Shown here piece after piece: positions 52,342-64,000 of a stretch of DNA of 64,000 bases (its first letter is position 1; the number at the start of each line of letters is the position of its first letter). The notes under the pieces are model-generated. The model was not told the origin of the DNA. It saw only the letters and a list, made by a program, of their open reading frames with translations, and searched no databases. A program made the position numbers and the translations under genes. This DNA comes from Vicugna vicugna (lineage: Eukaryota), in the NCBI GenBank assembly GCA_013265495.1, contig MU058290.1, positions 186,001 through 250,000 on the forward strand, in the 5' to 3' direction.

Positions 52342-54394
52342 AGTGGGAGCATCGGTGGATGCGGGGAGGAAGGGATAAGAAACATCATGGAAGAAGGACA
52401 GAGATGATGCAGAGAAAGAGAAGGCCTTACTCATGATAGTATTTTATTCTAGCACAGTGCTTTACAACTCATAAACTGCTTTTGTATATATGATCTTCAT
52501 TTTGGAAAAGGTTCCGGAATTCCTGGAGAAAGAGCGTTGGGGAAGGGGAGGCAGCTGAATACCTAGGTAAGGAGAGGAGACCCAGGGGCAAGTCTACAAG
52601 GTTTAGGGACCCTGGCACGATTTTTGCTGGGCAAAGTGTGCTTTTCTGGGAAAACAGTGAAGAAGCATCAGTAGCCAAGGTGTAGGGGCCAAGAGAGGAC
52701 AGTTGGGACAATGATGATTCTGACCAATGGATGAAGAAGAACGTGGAAAGGACATCTGTAGAAGAGTCGAGGGGTGTGGGAGAAGGACTGTAGTTGTTGC
52801 TTCTCTTTACTCTCCAATCCCTGAGATACCCAAACACTCATGACAATGTTCTTTCTCAGGTAACCTGTAGACCCAGTCTAGCATTCCCTCAGCCAGACAC
52901 CACAGGCTGCCCCTAAAAGCCTCTTGGTTTCCAATCTGAGGGGAAGTTCCGTCTGGATCTGGCACAGTGCAGGGGCCCGAGATGCAGGACAATGAGGTGG
53001 GAGCACCGCCCATGGGGAAGATTAGGAGGGCAAAGAGGGAGGAGCCCATGGTGGGAAGAGGATGAAACAAGATTTGAGGGCATGTGGTAGATGAAGTCAG
53101 GAGACTGACTGGCTTCTTTCCTTCCCTTTGGGGTGAATCGAAGGATCAGGAGGGAAATAGTACAGCTGTAGTGTGAGGTCTTAAGCTATGAGAGGAAGTG
53201 GCAGAGAGAAGAGTGAGAGGCAGAGAAGACCCACAAAAGTGGTTCTCCCCTCTCTCGCTTTCCTCCAGAGTCTGGGAATCCATTTCCCTTTTTCTCAGCC
53301 AGGGAAAGTTGAGTCAGATGCTTCCTCTCTCTCTTCTTCCACCCTGCTTTTCCTTCCCTTTTTTCCCTCTCTTTTTTCTCCGCTCCTTTCTCCCTCACAG
53401 TTATTAATTATCTACTATGTGCCAAGTACTATGTGAGGTACTAAAGATCCAAAGGTCAGGGAGCTCCTGATCAGTACACACTTGTAAACAAATACAAGTT
53501 TTCTAGTGGACTTAGAGGGAAGGACACTTGCCTCGTAGCTCTCACAAGAGCTGCTTTCTCTTATACCTCATAGTTAGAGACAGAAGAGCTCAGAGGATGG
53601 AGAAGGGAACTCTACCCAGGGGTGGTTCTGTTAGGGAAGTCATCATCAGATGGATATCGTTTGAACTGGATCTTGAAGGCTGCCCAGAAACTCACCAGGC
53701 AGAAAAAGAGGAAGGCACTCCAGTCAGAGGAAAGAAGCAAGTTGGGTGGGTAGTGCCCTGTGTCTCCAGAGCAAAGGGGAAGTCAGTATTCCAGGGGTTC
53801 TTCAGAGAGTTATTCTGCCATTTGCCAGCTTAATCTCTTCTCTGGAAGCATCCTGAAGACAATGGCTTTCACTTAACAATTGTAAGTTCCCTCCCTCCAC
53901 AACTCACCTAAATCTTTCCTGTCTGGTATTTCCACTTCTGACCCCTGAGTAGCTTAGGGCAAAGAAGGGCCAGTTCTTTCCAGAGGTCAGTTTTCTATCA
54001 CCATTGTTTATTAAGGTTTTCATGCTGCTAAAGGTGAGAGGAGGGAGGCCCCTTGCATCTTTCTCCATCTTGGTCTGGAGGGGCTTGACTATTTTATTTT
54101 TTTTTTGAGATTTCATTATTTTAATAAGATTGTTTTTTCTATATCTCTGTTTAGGAACATAGTTGAAAATGAGGAGGGGTAAGTAGGATATATAAGAGAA
54201 CAGAGAAGAAAGATTAAAGAAGACAGGGAAGAAGGAAATTGGAAGCACTGAGTAACTATGAGGATTGAGTCTTTAGGGTGAACTTCTGTGAACTCGTTCT
54301 TTGTGATTTGTATGCAAAGATAGGCTTAAATAAAGGTTTCACCATGATCGAATCATTCTTGTCTGAGTTGCTGTATTATAAAAAGCATTCAAGC

Positions 54395-55041
54395 TGCCCT
54401 GCACCGGCTGTTGGTGTGACCACCGTTCCATCGTTGAGCGGCCTTTGTGGTGTTCGAGCCCGCGATGTGCCCCCAGTCAGGGCTTCGGGGTGCCAGTGGA
54501 GGCTGGCACAGAATGCAATGACAACGGCTTCAGAGAGGCAGAATACGCTGCCATCAACTCCATGTTGGAGCAGATCAACTCCTGTCTGGACCAGCTAGAG
54601 GAGAAGAATGAGCACCTCCATGCCTGCCTCTAGAAGCTGCTTGAATCCAACCTGCAGACTCACCTTGAGTTCCGTCAGCAGTTCCAGGAGGTCCCCAGCA
54701 GTGTGAGCAGCCCCTGGGCTCTGGGAGCCCCTAGCCAGGCCCCAACCTGGCCTCCCTGAGCCAGGCTCTGGCCTGAGCACCACCTGGCTCAGACGTCTTC
54801 TCAAGGGCTCGCCCACAGATTTCCTGGTGAATCTGCCTGCCTAGGCCACCCTTCTGGTACTTCCCTTGACATGCATAGGCCAGCCCCCACCACCTGGCAT
54901 CCCCTCCTGGGGCCAGGTTTGGGCCTGTGGTCCACACACCACACCTTACCTGCCTGCCCAATTCCTGGGCACTCCCCACTCTGCCCGTGCCTTGAGTGTC
55001 TACATTAAACAGGTCTCCAATGCAAAAACAAAAACAAAAAA
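54395..55041 (+). pseudogene. BBLN: Processed pseudogene of BBLN (C9orf16, UPF0184/bublin)
   Basis: ATG at 54465 with a frameshift, then GVPVEAGTECNDNGFREAEYAAINSMLEQINSCLDQLEEKNEHLHACL* (premature TAG ending 54633). Intronless, ATTAAA at 55004-55009, A-rich tail at 55024-55041. Confidence 0.9.
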
Positions 55042-58000
55042 CCTCCAAAGTCCCCTGTAATTTGGTTACTGTCTCCACCACACTACTGAAACCAACCCCT
55101 CTCATTGTTACCATGACCTACTTCTCATCAAATCAAATGATCTAAGGCCATCCTCATTCTCCTTCATCTTTCTGCAGGAATTGGCTGACTTGAAAGCTGG
55201 CTCTGACCCTAAAAATTTTCCCTTCCCCGGCTACAGAGACAGCACACTCTCCTAGGTCTACTCTTATTTCTCCAACTCAGAGAGGTGGCAGAAAGTCAAA
55301 TCACAGTGTCCAAGAGGGTGTGGTGTCATCCCAGGTGGAGCTGACAGCCAAGGGTCCGAAAGTATGCAGATGAGGGGAGTTAGTGACAGAAGTCTCTAGC
55401 TTTCATTATTTTGTTTTTAAATTGAGGTTGGAGTGAGAGGACAGGAAGAGGACGCTGCCCAGTGGCTCACCCTTCAGTGAGAGGGGCCTGAGATAGGCCA
55501 GGTAACAAGTTGGGTCCCTGGCCAAGTGCACTGAGATTCAGGGTCATATTTCGACCCCAGGAGGGAAGTGGAGTGAGAACCAGGAATTGGGGCAGAACCC
55601 ACTCCTACAGAGCGGGCAATCCAGGGATTACGCTGCAGTTTGGTGGGTGTGTAGAGGTGCAGGACTCTTAGCTTTGGTAAATCAGATAATGAGCCAAGAT
55701 GTTTCAGATACTCCCCTACTAGCTGCCTCCACACTTTTCCTTCAACCTCCTTCGTGGATGAGGGTGGAATGTCTACTATCACGCTTATCTTTTCAAGGTT
55801 GAGTCAGGCACTGGAGAGGACTGAGGATGCAGATTACTGGTCAGTGCCAGTAAGTGTGTTGGACTATATGAGTCTCCTATGCCTAATTCTGGGTTGTCCA
55901 TGTCCTTCTTTTACCTTGCTTCATGCTCCTCTTCAGAAAGCCCGCCTCTCCCCTATCCTGAGCCTTCAGGACTCACCTGGGATCTAGTCTGACTGTTTTT
56001 TTTTAGCAGCTCTTACTTCCACTTGCATGTCCCACTATCATCAGTTCAGACTCATCATGCTTTTTGGCACTATCATTTTCCTTTTTTTCCTAGACACAGA
56101 GATATGTCATCATCTTGAGCTTGTTCTCGCCTTATCTTTTTCTTCACTTGATTCATCATGGAATTCTGATCTACTTAAATAGAAACCTAACTGGTCTCTT
56201 CTCCCAAAACTTTCTCTGTCAAATGCATTATATATATTATGCCCTGAGCATCTGGAAAGCTGACAGCAGAAAAGGTTAAAGATTAAAAAATATATACGGG
56301 AGGGTAAAAATCACATGAAAATCCTCCTAGCTGCAAAACCAAGCACCATTATTTATCGAGACCGACAGCCCAGGATATAGAAGCAGCAATGATGTCCAGC
56401 CAAAAGAGTGAAAAACTGAACGGAAAGACTGTTTAATTGAGCCATGAAATGAAGAGATTTTGGAGATGATGTAATTCAAACTCTTCCTTATGCAGTATAG
56501 GAAGCCAAGGCAGACTAGATAATGAAGAGGAAGGCTTTTCAATGACAGGAGTCTTCCAGTGGCATATCTATACATTAGAACCAAGAGACTGGACAAACAT
56601 CACAGGTTAGGTCTGCAGGCAGGACAGTCATGATTACCCTTTCAGGGCCACAGACTACATTCCAAATCCTGGCTAATTCTTGGGCTCAAGGGATCATAGC
56701 TGGAAAAGTGTGAACTTATTACACCTTCTGCTAACACAAATATAAAAAGATACATAAATATGTATATATATTCATGAATACATGTGTATGTCATTTGCAG
56801 CAAGTTTTTTTATATGAAAGATAGATGTTTATGGTATTATTATGGCTGATGATTCAAGATATAGCAACTGTATTTCTGATTAGAATAATGAAAAAAAACT
56901 ATAGCTTGAGAATGTATTGAATTAGGAGAGGGACTAGAACACGTCTTACAATCAGATGATCTCTTAGCAGTGCCTCTTGTGAGGGCCTGGGGGGAAGAGT
57001 TCCACACTGAAGTTCTTGTAACCTGCCTGCTGATTGGCTTCTGCACCTTTCAGATGGTCCAGAAGGGCTCCTCTAAGATGCCAAATGCTGCTGAAAAGGT
57101 GCTTGTCCATACCTCACTGCTTGTGTGATTCTTTGAAGCTGGCAGTGGTTAAACTGAACAGAAACACAAGCTGTGAATCTAAAGGTAATTATTCACAAAG
57201 GAGAAAAAAATCCGGTGAAACCAACGGCCTTGATAATCCTCAGGCCCTCACTCCTCTCTCAGCTTCTTAACAGAGACTTGTCCTTCCCAGTTCAAAGTCT
57301 ATTCTCTCCAGGAAGTTGCTCAAGGTCCCTCCCCCACAGAATCCTGTGGTTTGTTCCTTAGCAGAATATAGCACTTCTCATAATCTGTCTTGTATTTTTG
57401 TGACTTTGGCATGCATCTGTCTCCTTCATGAGGCCATGAAGCCTTGAGAAGAAGGTATGTTTTATGCATTTTCAATACTATCCTTTGTACTACATAGATG
57501 CTTAATAGAAGATAATTGACTCAGAGTTGGGGTGGACAGGAAGGGTGAAATAAAACTGATTAGAAAAGGTGAGCAATTTTAATAGGTGGGAGGACCCTTA
57601 CTAAAGGGGCTTCTAAAGGGCTGATGGGAAGGCACTCCACCCCAGAAAGGAATCAGCCTGGACACTACGCTCATCAGTGGGGAATTGCAGCTTAATGCCA
57701 CTGATCAACAGTTAGGGGTGTAGGCTGTATATGGAAGAGTGAGTTATCGTCTAAGAACTTGGAAATAAGCTCTATGAAAGTTAACCTGGTGGGGAACAGA
57801 GTGCTTCCTCAGCTCTGGTAGAGATATTCAATTGGCAAAACTCCCTAATTTAATCAACAATAGTAATCTGAAGAAAGACTGCTTCAACTCAAAGGAGTGG
57901 CTAGATTAGAAAAGCAGGACTCAGAGGAAAAAATATTGCAAGGTGCATTTAGTATTGTTCACTGGAAAGAAAAGCTAAATTTAGACTTTGTAAACATCCT

Positions 58001-58109
58001 GAAAGTTGAGAGATTTCTTCCGTTGCAAGGCAGAGATAAGTTAGCCAGCTCCCTTAAAACCCAGCTGAAATATCCTTTAGGAATCAATTACTGTCTGGGG
58101 GAATCATTC

Positions 58110-58710
58110 TAGACCAATGGTTTTCAAAATGTGGTTCCCAGATCAAAGATCAGAATCACTATTACCTGAGAGTTTGCTAGAAATGCAAATTCTCAGGTCC
58201 TATCTTAGACCTACTGAATCAGAAATTTTCAAGGGGATGGAGGGTTGACAACAAATCTGTTTTAATAAGGGGTTTTTAACCTTTAGCAGGTATCAAAATT
58301 GCCTGGAGAGCTTAAAAAATACAGACTGCTGGGCATGGCCTCCAGTGTTTGGAAATGCAGACTCCAGGCCCCACTCCATTCGTCTAGATCAGTGCTTCTC
58401 AAAGTTTAACGTGAGTGGGAATAATCTGGGAATCTTGTAAAATTATAGCTTCTGATTCGGTAGGTCTGAGGTGGGGCCTAAGAGCATGCATTTCTAACAA
58501 GGAGATGCTGATGCCAGTTCACAGCCCGTACTTTGATTAGCAAGACCCTGGGACAGAGATTCGCAAACTTGCCTGCACAGTAGTATCATCTGTGCAGCTT
58601 CAAAAACTTCCGATGCCTGGGCCCTACTCTGAAGATTGTAATTGAATTGGTCTGCGGTGTGGCCTGGGTTTTGGAATTCTAAAAGATCTCCAATGGTTCC
58701 AATGTGCAAG
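58110..58710. mobile_element. Cluster of MER5A-like (hAT-Charlie) DNA transposon remnants
   Basis: Repeated agaaatgcaaattctcagg...agacctactgaatcagaa and cagtgcttctcaaa motifs in both orientations. Confidence 0.7.
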
Positions 58711-60639
58711 TGTTGCTGGCCTTGGATTTCCTTGCTGTTTCAGGTAACCAGAAAGTAAGCTCTAGGTCCTCTTGGTCAATCAAGAAGCAGTGGTCACTTG
58801 TTGCTATCCTTCCTGCATCACCATTCTCCTTAGATCCGATGATTCAGCGTTGATTGGATTAGGATGGTAATGCTTGACATGCTGTTTTTTCACTGGTTGG
58901 GCAGGTATGGAGTAGGAAGGCCTAACGTTGGCACAATTATCTAAGGTATATTCCAAAGGGAGGGGGCCTTACAGATTTAGGCCTTCAGAAGGGAAGTCCT
59001 GTGTGGACCCCCCTCTCTTCTCACCTTCTTCTCCTCAGTATGCCCCTACTCTAGTCTCCTTGCACAGCCTCTTCTTTCAGGTTTCCTAGGTCTTGTGTTC
59101 CCTCTTTAAATTCCTCCCCTTCCCCTATAGACAGACCTCCAATGGGAGGTACTGCCACTTAAGGGGTGGTTCAGAAATTTGTGGAGGCTTTTCTTCTCTT
59201 CTGGCTCTCACAACAATTAGAGTTATCCTTAGACATTTAATGGGCAGGACTCAGATTGCTAGACGTTCAGCAGCTGTGCAGGGCACTCCCACACAAGGGA
59301 CATTACTGCATGTCCGATAACTTTGAATGACTTGCCACTCATATGAATAGTTGAAAATCCGTTGTAATTAGGCTCTAACTTTATTTTTAAGTATAAACGC
59401 AAGGCAACGTATGCATACACTAAATTTGCTAGGAATGCCACCATAAGTATCATGGAATGATTATACCTTGTTTTGTTCCAAAATTTGCCAAAAACTATTT
59501 TGGAAAATCATGCAGGTCTATTCATGGTATTTGAATCACCATCATAACATCCCCATATCATGCTGCATTTGCAGCTGTTATATTCAAAGTGATTTACAGT
59601 GAGAAGGATGCATCGGAGTACCTCATTGTGTCTTCCTGTCTGCCCAAATATTTACATATATAAATATATAGTATTTCATAATAAATCACCTTCCTTCTAC
59701 AATTCCTTTATATCTCTTTAGACATCTTATGAATTTTTAAATTGTGTGTCTAGCTAAAATACATTATTTATAAGTTGTAGTTCAGGATCACAAAGGGGAC
59801 ATAAAATATTTCTTACGAAAAGAGTGTTGGGACTGATGGGGTAGGTGGTAAGGGAGGCATCTAAGGAAGTTAGGTGGGATCTGGCTCAAAAATCTGAGGA
59901 GACTCCTAATTCTGAGCTGAAGCTCAGTTATTACCTGAGAATGAAGGGTACTCCTACCCTTAAAAAAGGGATATTTTCCAGAAGACAGATAATTTGTCTT
60001 ACAGGAGGTAAGCATGTTTCTCCTACCACTTTCTGTTTGGCCCTGTTCTTTATAAAATTGCACTAGCATTACCATCCTTAAGATCATTTTTCTCTTTCCT
60101 GAACCTGGTCCCACCTTCCAGGAAACGGTTCTGCATTAGCCATTTAGGATGGCTCCAAGTAAATTCTTTGTAATCCAGAGATCTCTCCCAGATGGACACA
60201 GCCATGCTCTAATGCTTTACTCTGCCTTAATTATTTAGTGTCCCCTCCTAGTTGCGGGCCATTACTTTAGACTTTCCATCTCATTTTATTTCTATTTTCA
60301 CCAAGTAACTTTCAGATAAATTAAGAGTCCCATTATATTTGATAGCAGAACAAAAGGTGTCCAGATCGGCAGCGAACATGCCAAAATCTTTTTCAAGTTA
60401 AAGACGAGTTGGGTAAAAATTAAAGACACCAGAAAGGATGAATATAGTGTTTCTAGTAACTCTATGCAACAGTGGTAGATCCCCACAGTCGCTCTGGGGA
60501 GACTGTCAAACACTCCTGGGCATTGCCACCTTGTTTAGGGCACAAAATTTCCTTTCATATCTCCATCCCTATACAAGGTTTTGAAGTCCCACACTGATCA
60601 GGGGGTGCGACTAAACTCAGGCCCCAGAAAAGCCTGCCA

Positions 60640-61060
60640 AGCCCTCACCGCATTCGCCTCGCCGGCCCGGCGTTCTCCGCCCCGCGGGCCGCGCCCGTGC
60701 GGCCCCGCGTCTCCGGCGGCGCGCAGCCTCCTCCCCGCTCGCAGCCCGGCTCCGCCTCCGGCTTCCGCTCCTCCCACCCGCGGAGGCCGGAGCCCGGCTC
60801 CCGCTTCCTGTTGCCCAGAGCCGGGCGGCCCCGCGTGACCGCCAGCTGCCTCAGGCCCGGGTGGCTCCGGGGAGGGTCGAGCGCCGCCCGCCGCTGGCCC
60901 TGGCCCCGGGTCGGCAGCCGGGCCGGTGGGAAGGGCCCGGCGCGGCCAGGCGGTAACCCGGGGACTCGGCGCCGCGGTCCCTGCTGGCCGCTGCGGGAGC
61001 GGGCGCGGTGCGTGAGAGGGAAGTGGGAAGGACGAGGGAAAGGGAAGGGGAGGGCGCGGG
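60640..61060 (+). promoter_or_regulatory. TEP1: CpG island, probable TEP1 promoter and non-coding exon 1
   Basis: Very GC/CpG-rich, ETS-type cgcttcctgtt at about 60802-60812, candidate donor cg|gtaacc at about 60953. The gene name rests on synteny only; no TEP1 coding sequence is seen in the window. Confidence 0.6.
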
Positions 61061-62099
61061 GACAAGACTCAGAAGAGGGAGGAAGAGACCAAGTGAGAAT
61101 GGGTCGCTCTTCCCTGCTCTCTGTGGTCCTTGGATGGAGAGCGTAGCTGCCGCGAGCCGACCGTGCTGTGCTGTGCGCGCTGTTTGTAGTAACAGAACCC
61201 GGGCTGTGCTTACGAGGGTAGACTGTCATATAGCCAGCTTAAATGTGTGGTGGATGTTAATGTGTTAACAAATACGGCAAGGTCTCCAAGACATACTAAG
61301 TGCAGAATAGTGTCTAAAGTATGATCCTCTTTGTATAAAGAAGAAAAGGTGGGGGGCTGTTGGGGGAGAGACGTATAGACCTATACATACATTTGTGTAT
61401 GCACAGAAAGTGTCAAACTCTTCGTATAAATCCTGGGGTTGGTTTTCCCTGGAGAATGGAGCCAGTGATGAGGATTTTTAGTTTTCATGTGCAGAGATTT
61501 TTACTTTTTATGTGTAGGTCAGCCGAGTTTCTCTTCACAAACATCAGGGTGCAAAAAATATGTAACTCTATTTTTACATTAACTTCATTTTTGTTGTGAG
61601 ACTTCTTTTTAAAATCTTGAGTCAGTTCTGAAATTCCCCATTCCTTTCACCAGGGACTTACATAGCACAAAGACACTGGGCACACAGGCCATCATTCTTG
61701 ATGCCACTTGCCTGCACTGATGTCCAGTGAAATATGCATTGTCCTTTCTGGTTCTGGATTTTGCCAATCCCTTCAAGTCTTCTTCAAAGTGTTCTACGTT
61801 CCTGGCCATAAGCTCTTGCCTATTAAGGATTAAGTGATTGACTTAACATACTTATTCCTAAAATACTTAAATGTAAATAGGAGATAAGCATTTGTTCAAA
61901 TCAGAGAGTACATACATTCCTAATGATGTAAATTCAAGCATTCCCTTAGGCTGGGCTTCTTAATTTGCAGTTAATGGAGATTCTAGAAGATCCATGGATG
62001 GACTCCCTCAAAATTGAGTGCAAAATAGTATATGCTCATGTTTTTCTGTGGAAAAGTGCCATAGCTTTCACCAGATTCTCAAAAGCTTCTGAATCCCAC

Positions 62100-63690
62100 T
62101 GACTGGCATTGTAGCAACAGTGGTGAACAAGGCTAAAGGGCCTTGGTCCTCAGGAACTTATAGTCTGGTGGGACGAAAGACAGACGGACAGGCAACTACA
62201 CACAGGGGATGTGTTCTGTGATAGAGGGGGTACAGTGTTGTGTGAATGTAGAAGTACCAGACTTGGGGCTGGGTGTCAGCTGAGGCTCCTTGGAGGAACT
62301 GACTATTAAATTGAGGCCTTGAGAGTGAGAGGAAGGTAGAATTTGTCCTAGTACAGGAGGGGTTGGGGGAAAGGGGTGGTCTTGGTAGAAGGAAGAGTGT
62401 TCCAGGTATCTGCCTGTGCAAAAGCTGAGAGTCAAGAGATACTTTGGAAATTCGTAAGCTAAAAAGAGTTTGTATGGTTCAAGCTTAAAGTTAGATGGGA
62501 GCAGCAGTAAGAGATGAGGCTGGGAGATCAGAAGCCAGGTTCCGTGTGTGATGCTGGGCAGACAGAGGTGAACAAAACAAAGGAGCCCTGACCCTTGGGG
62601 AGTTTTATTTTAGCAATGAGAAACAGTGAACAAGTAGGAAAATAAGCTAACTAGATAAAATTTTTTACCATGATAAAATAAACAAGGTGATGTTGTAAAT
62701 GGTAGCTGGGGTATGTATTGGGAGCTCCTTCAGGCAGATCTACATAGCGTATGCCACATGGATTGGAGGGTTGCAGCAAAGGTGGTCGCAGGCAAAATGG
62801 AGACAGCTGGGTAGATTTCAGAGACTTTGAGGGAGAAGAATCATGAGGATTTCGTAGTTTACTGGATAATAATAAAGACAACAAATAACAATAGCTTCCA
62901 TTTATTGAAAGCTTACTAAGTACCAGGTACTACCTTGAGTGCTTAATATATATTTTTTTCTTGTTTATTCCTGTAGCAACTCTGTGAGGTAGGTGTTTAT
63001 TTCAATTTTGTAGGAAACTGCAGCACAGAGAATTTAAGTAACTAGCCCAAAGTCCCATCAGGATTCAAACTCAAGCCTGTTTTACTCCAAACCCCTGTAA
63101 GCAGAGGGGGCAGTGAGGGGGGAGTGGAATTGGGGAAGAGGTAGAAAAATGATAGATTTGGAATCTGGAATTTTGGGTACCTTTGAGTTATCCAAGTGGA
63201 GATGTCTAACAGGGTAATGGATAAATGAGTATGAAGCTCAGATGAGATCAAGGGCAAGGAATAAATTTGTGAGTTGTCAGCATAGAAGTGTTATCTGGAG
63301 CAACAGAGTGGGTGAAACCACCCTGAGAAAGTATATAGGAGGGTTAGAAAAGAACTCTTAAGGAGGATCAACCTTCACGGAATGGCAGAGAAGGAACCCC
63401 CAAGAAGGTGTGGTCAGAGTTGTAAGAAGAATACCAAGACAGTAGCCCCACAGAAGCCAAAGGTAGAGAGTTTCCGTGAGAGAATGGTCACAGTGTCATA
63501 GTCTACTTGAGAGATGAAGTAAGATGAGGACCAAGATACATCTATTCTTGTAGTAACAAGAATTCCGTTAGTTACCCAAGAGGACAGGCTTGGAGGAATA
63601 GTGGGGACAGAATCCCATTTAGTTGGTTGAAGAGTGAGTAGGAGGCAAGGAAGTTGAGGTGGTGAGTATAGACAGCTTGATCAAAATGTT
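62100..63690. mobile_element. Ancient LINE-2/MIR remnants
   Basis: Purine-rich L2-type text (ccaagtggagatgtctaacagg...ttgtgagttgtcagcatagaagtg) and a MIR-like core at about 62890-63090. Boundaries approximate. Confidence 0.6.
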
Positions 63691-64000
63691 TGTTTCTCTG
63701 GAGCTAAGAATCCAGAGTCCAGATTACAGGTATGGCCCCTGTGCTGAGTTGGGGTCATACCAATACCCCTTCATGAGAAGACATACTCCTTTCCTCCCCA
63801 GCCCTTGCTTTTCTTTTCTTTTTTTTTTAAATTCCCTGCTCTTAAGCTTTTCCTTACCTTTTCCCTACTCCTCTCCCTTAGTATACTCCCTATAGAATAC
63901 TCCCCAAGTAAGTCCTTGGAATGAACCCAGCCCTAGAAGAACAAATACTGGTTGTTCTCTGCCTGCAGGTCACCGGCATTACCAGGAGGGCTACAGGAAA

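Noticed and set aside
60581..61268. Several 85-194 aa Pro/Arg/Gly-rich ORFs on both strands
   Set aside because: Expected lack of stop codons in a CpG island; low complexity.
63950..64000. Polypyrimidine tract plus CAG at the window end as a possible TEP1 exon start
   Set aside because: Too little sequence follows, and no recognisable TEP1 coding sequence is present.

Overview
Mammalian genomic DNA, very probably camelid (several tRNA-Ala-derived Vic-1-type SINEs). It matches the conserved PNP - PIP4P1(TMEM55B) - APEX1 - OSGEP - KLHL33 - TEP1 block. Exon-by-exon reconstruction gives intact PNP (-, 289 aa), PIP4P1 (+, 277/284 aa), APEX1 (-, 318 aa), OSGEP (+, 335 aa) and KLHL33 (+, 801 aa). 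A CpG island at 60.6-61.1 kb is probably the TEP1 promoter. Two structures stand out. (1) A near-perfect 6,551-bp tandem duplication (25545-32095 / 32097-38647) copies the APEX1/OSGEP bidirectional promoter and OSGEP exons 1-9; its left breakpoint sits exactly at the APEX1 exon 2 acceptor. (2) Between OSGEP and KLHL33 (42.5-46.6 kb) lies a fossil, intron-containing Na+/Cl- cotransporter gene, probably SLC12A10/NCC2, almost invisible in the ORF track. Its 13 recognisable exon remnants are disabled and scrambled across both strands: 26(+), 16(-), 12-14(+), 10-11(+), 6-1(-). There are also RPL27 and BBLN/C9orf16 processed pseudogenes and ordinary LINE/LTR/DNA-transposon remnants. All gene and repeat identifications are from recalled sequences, not database searches.
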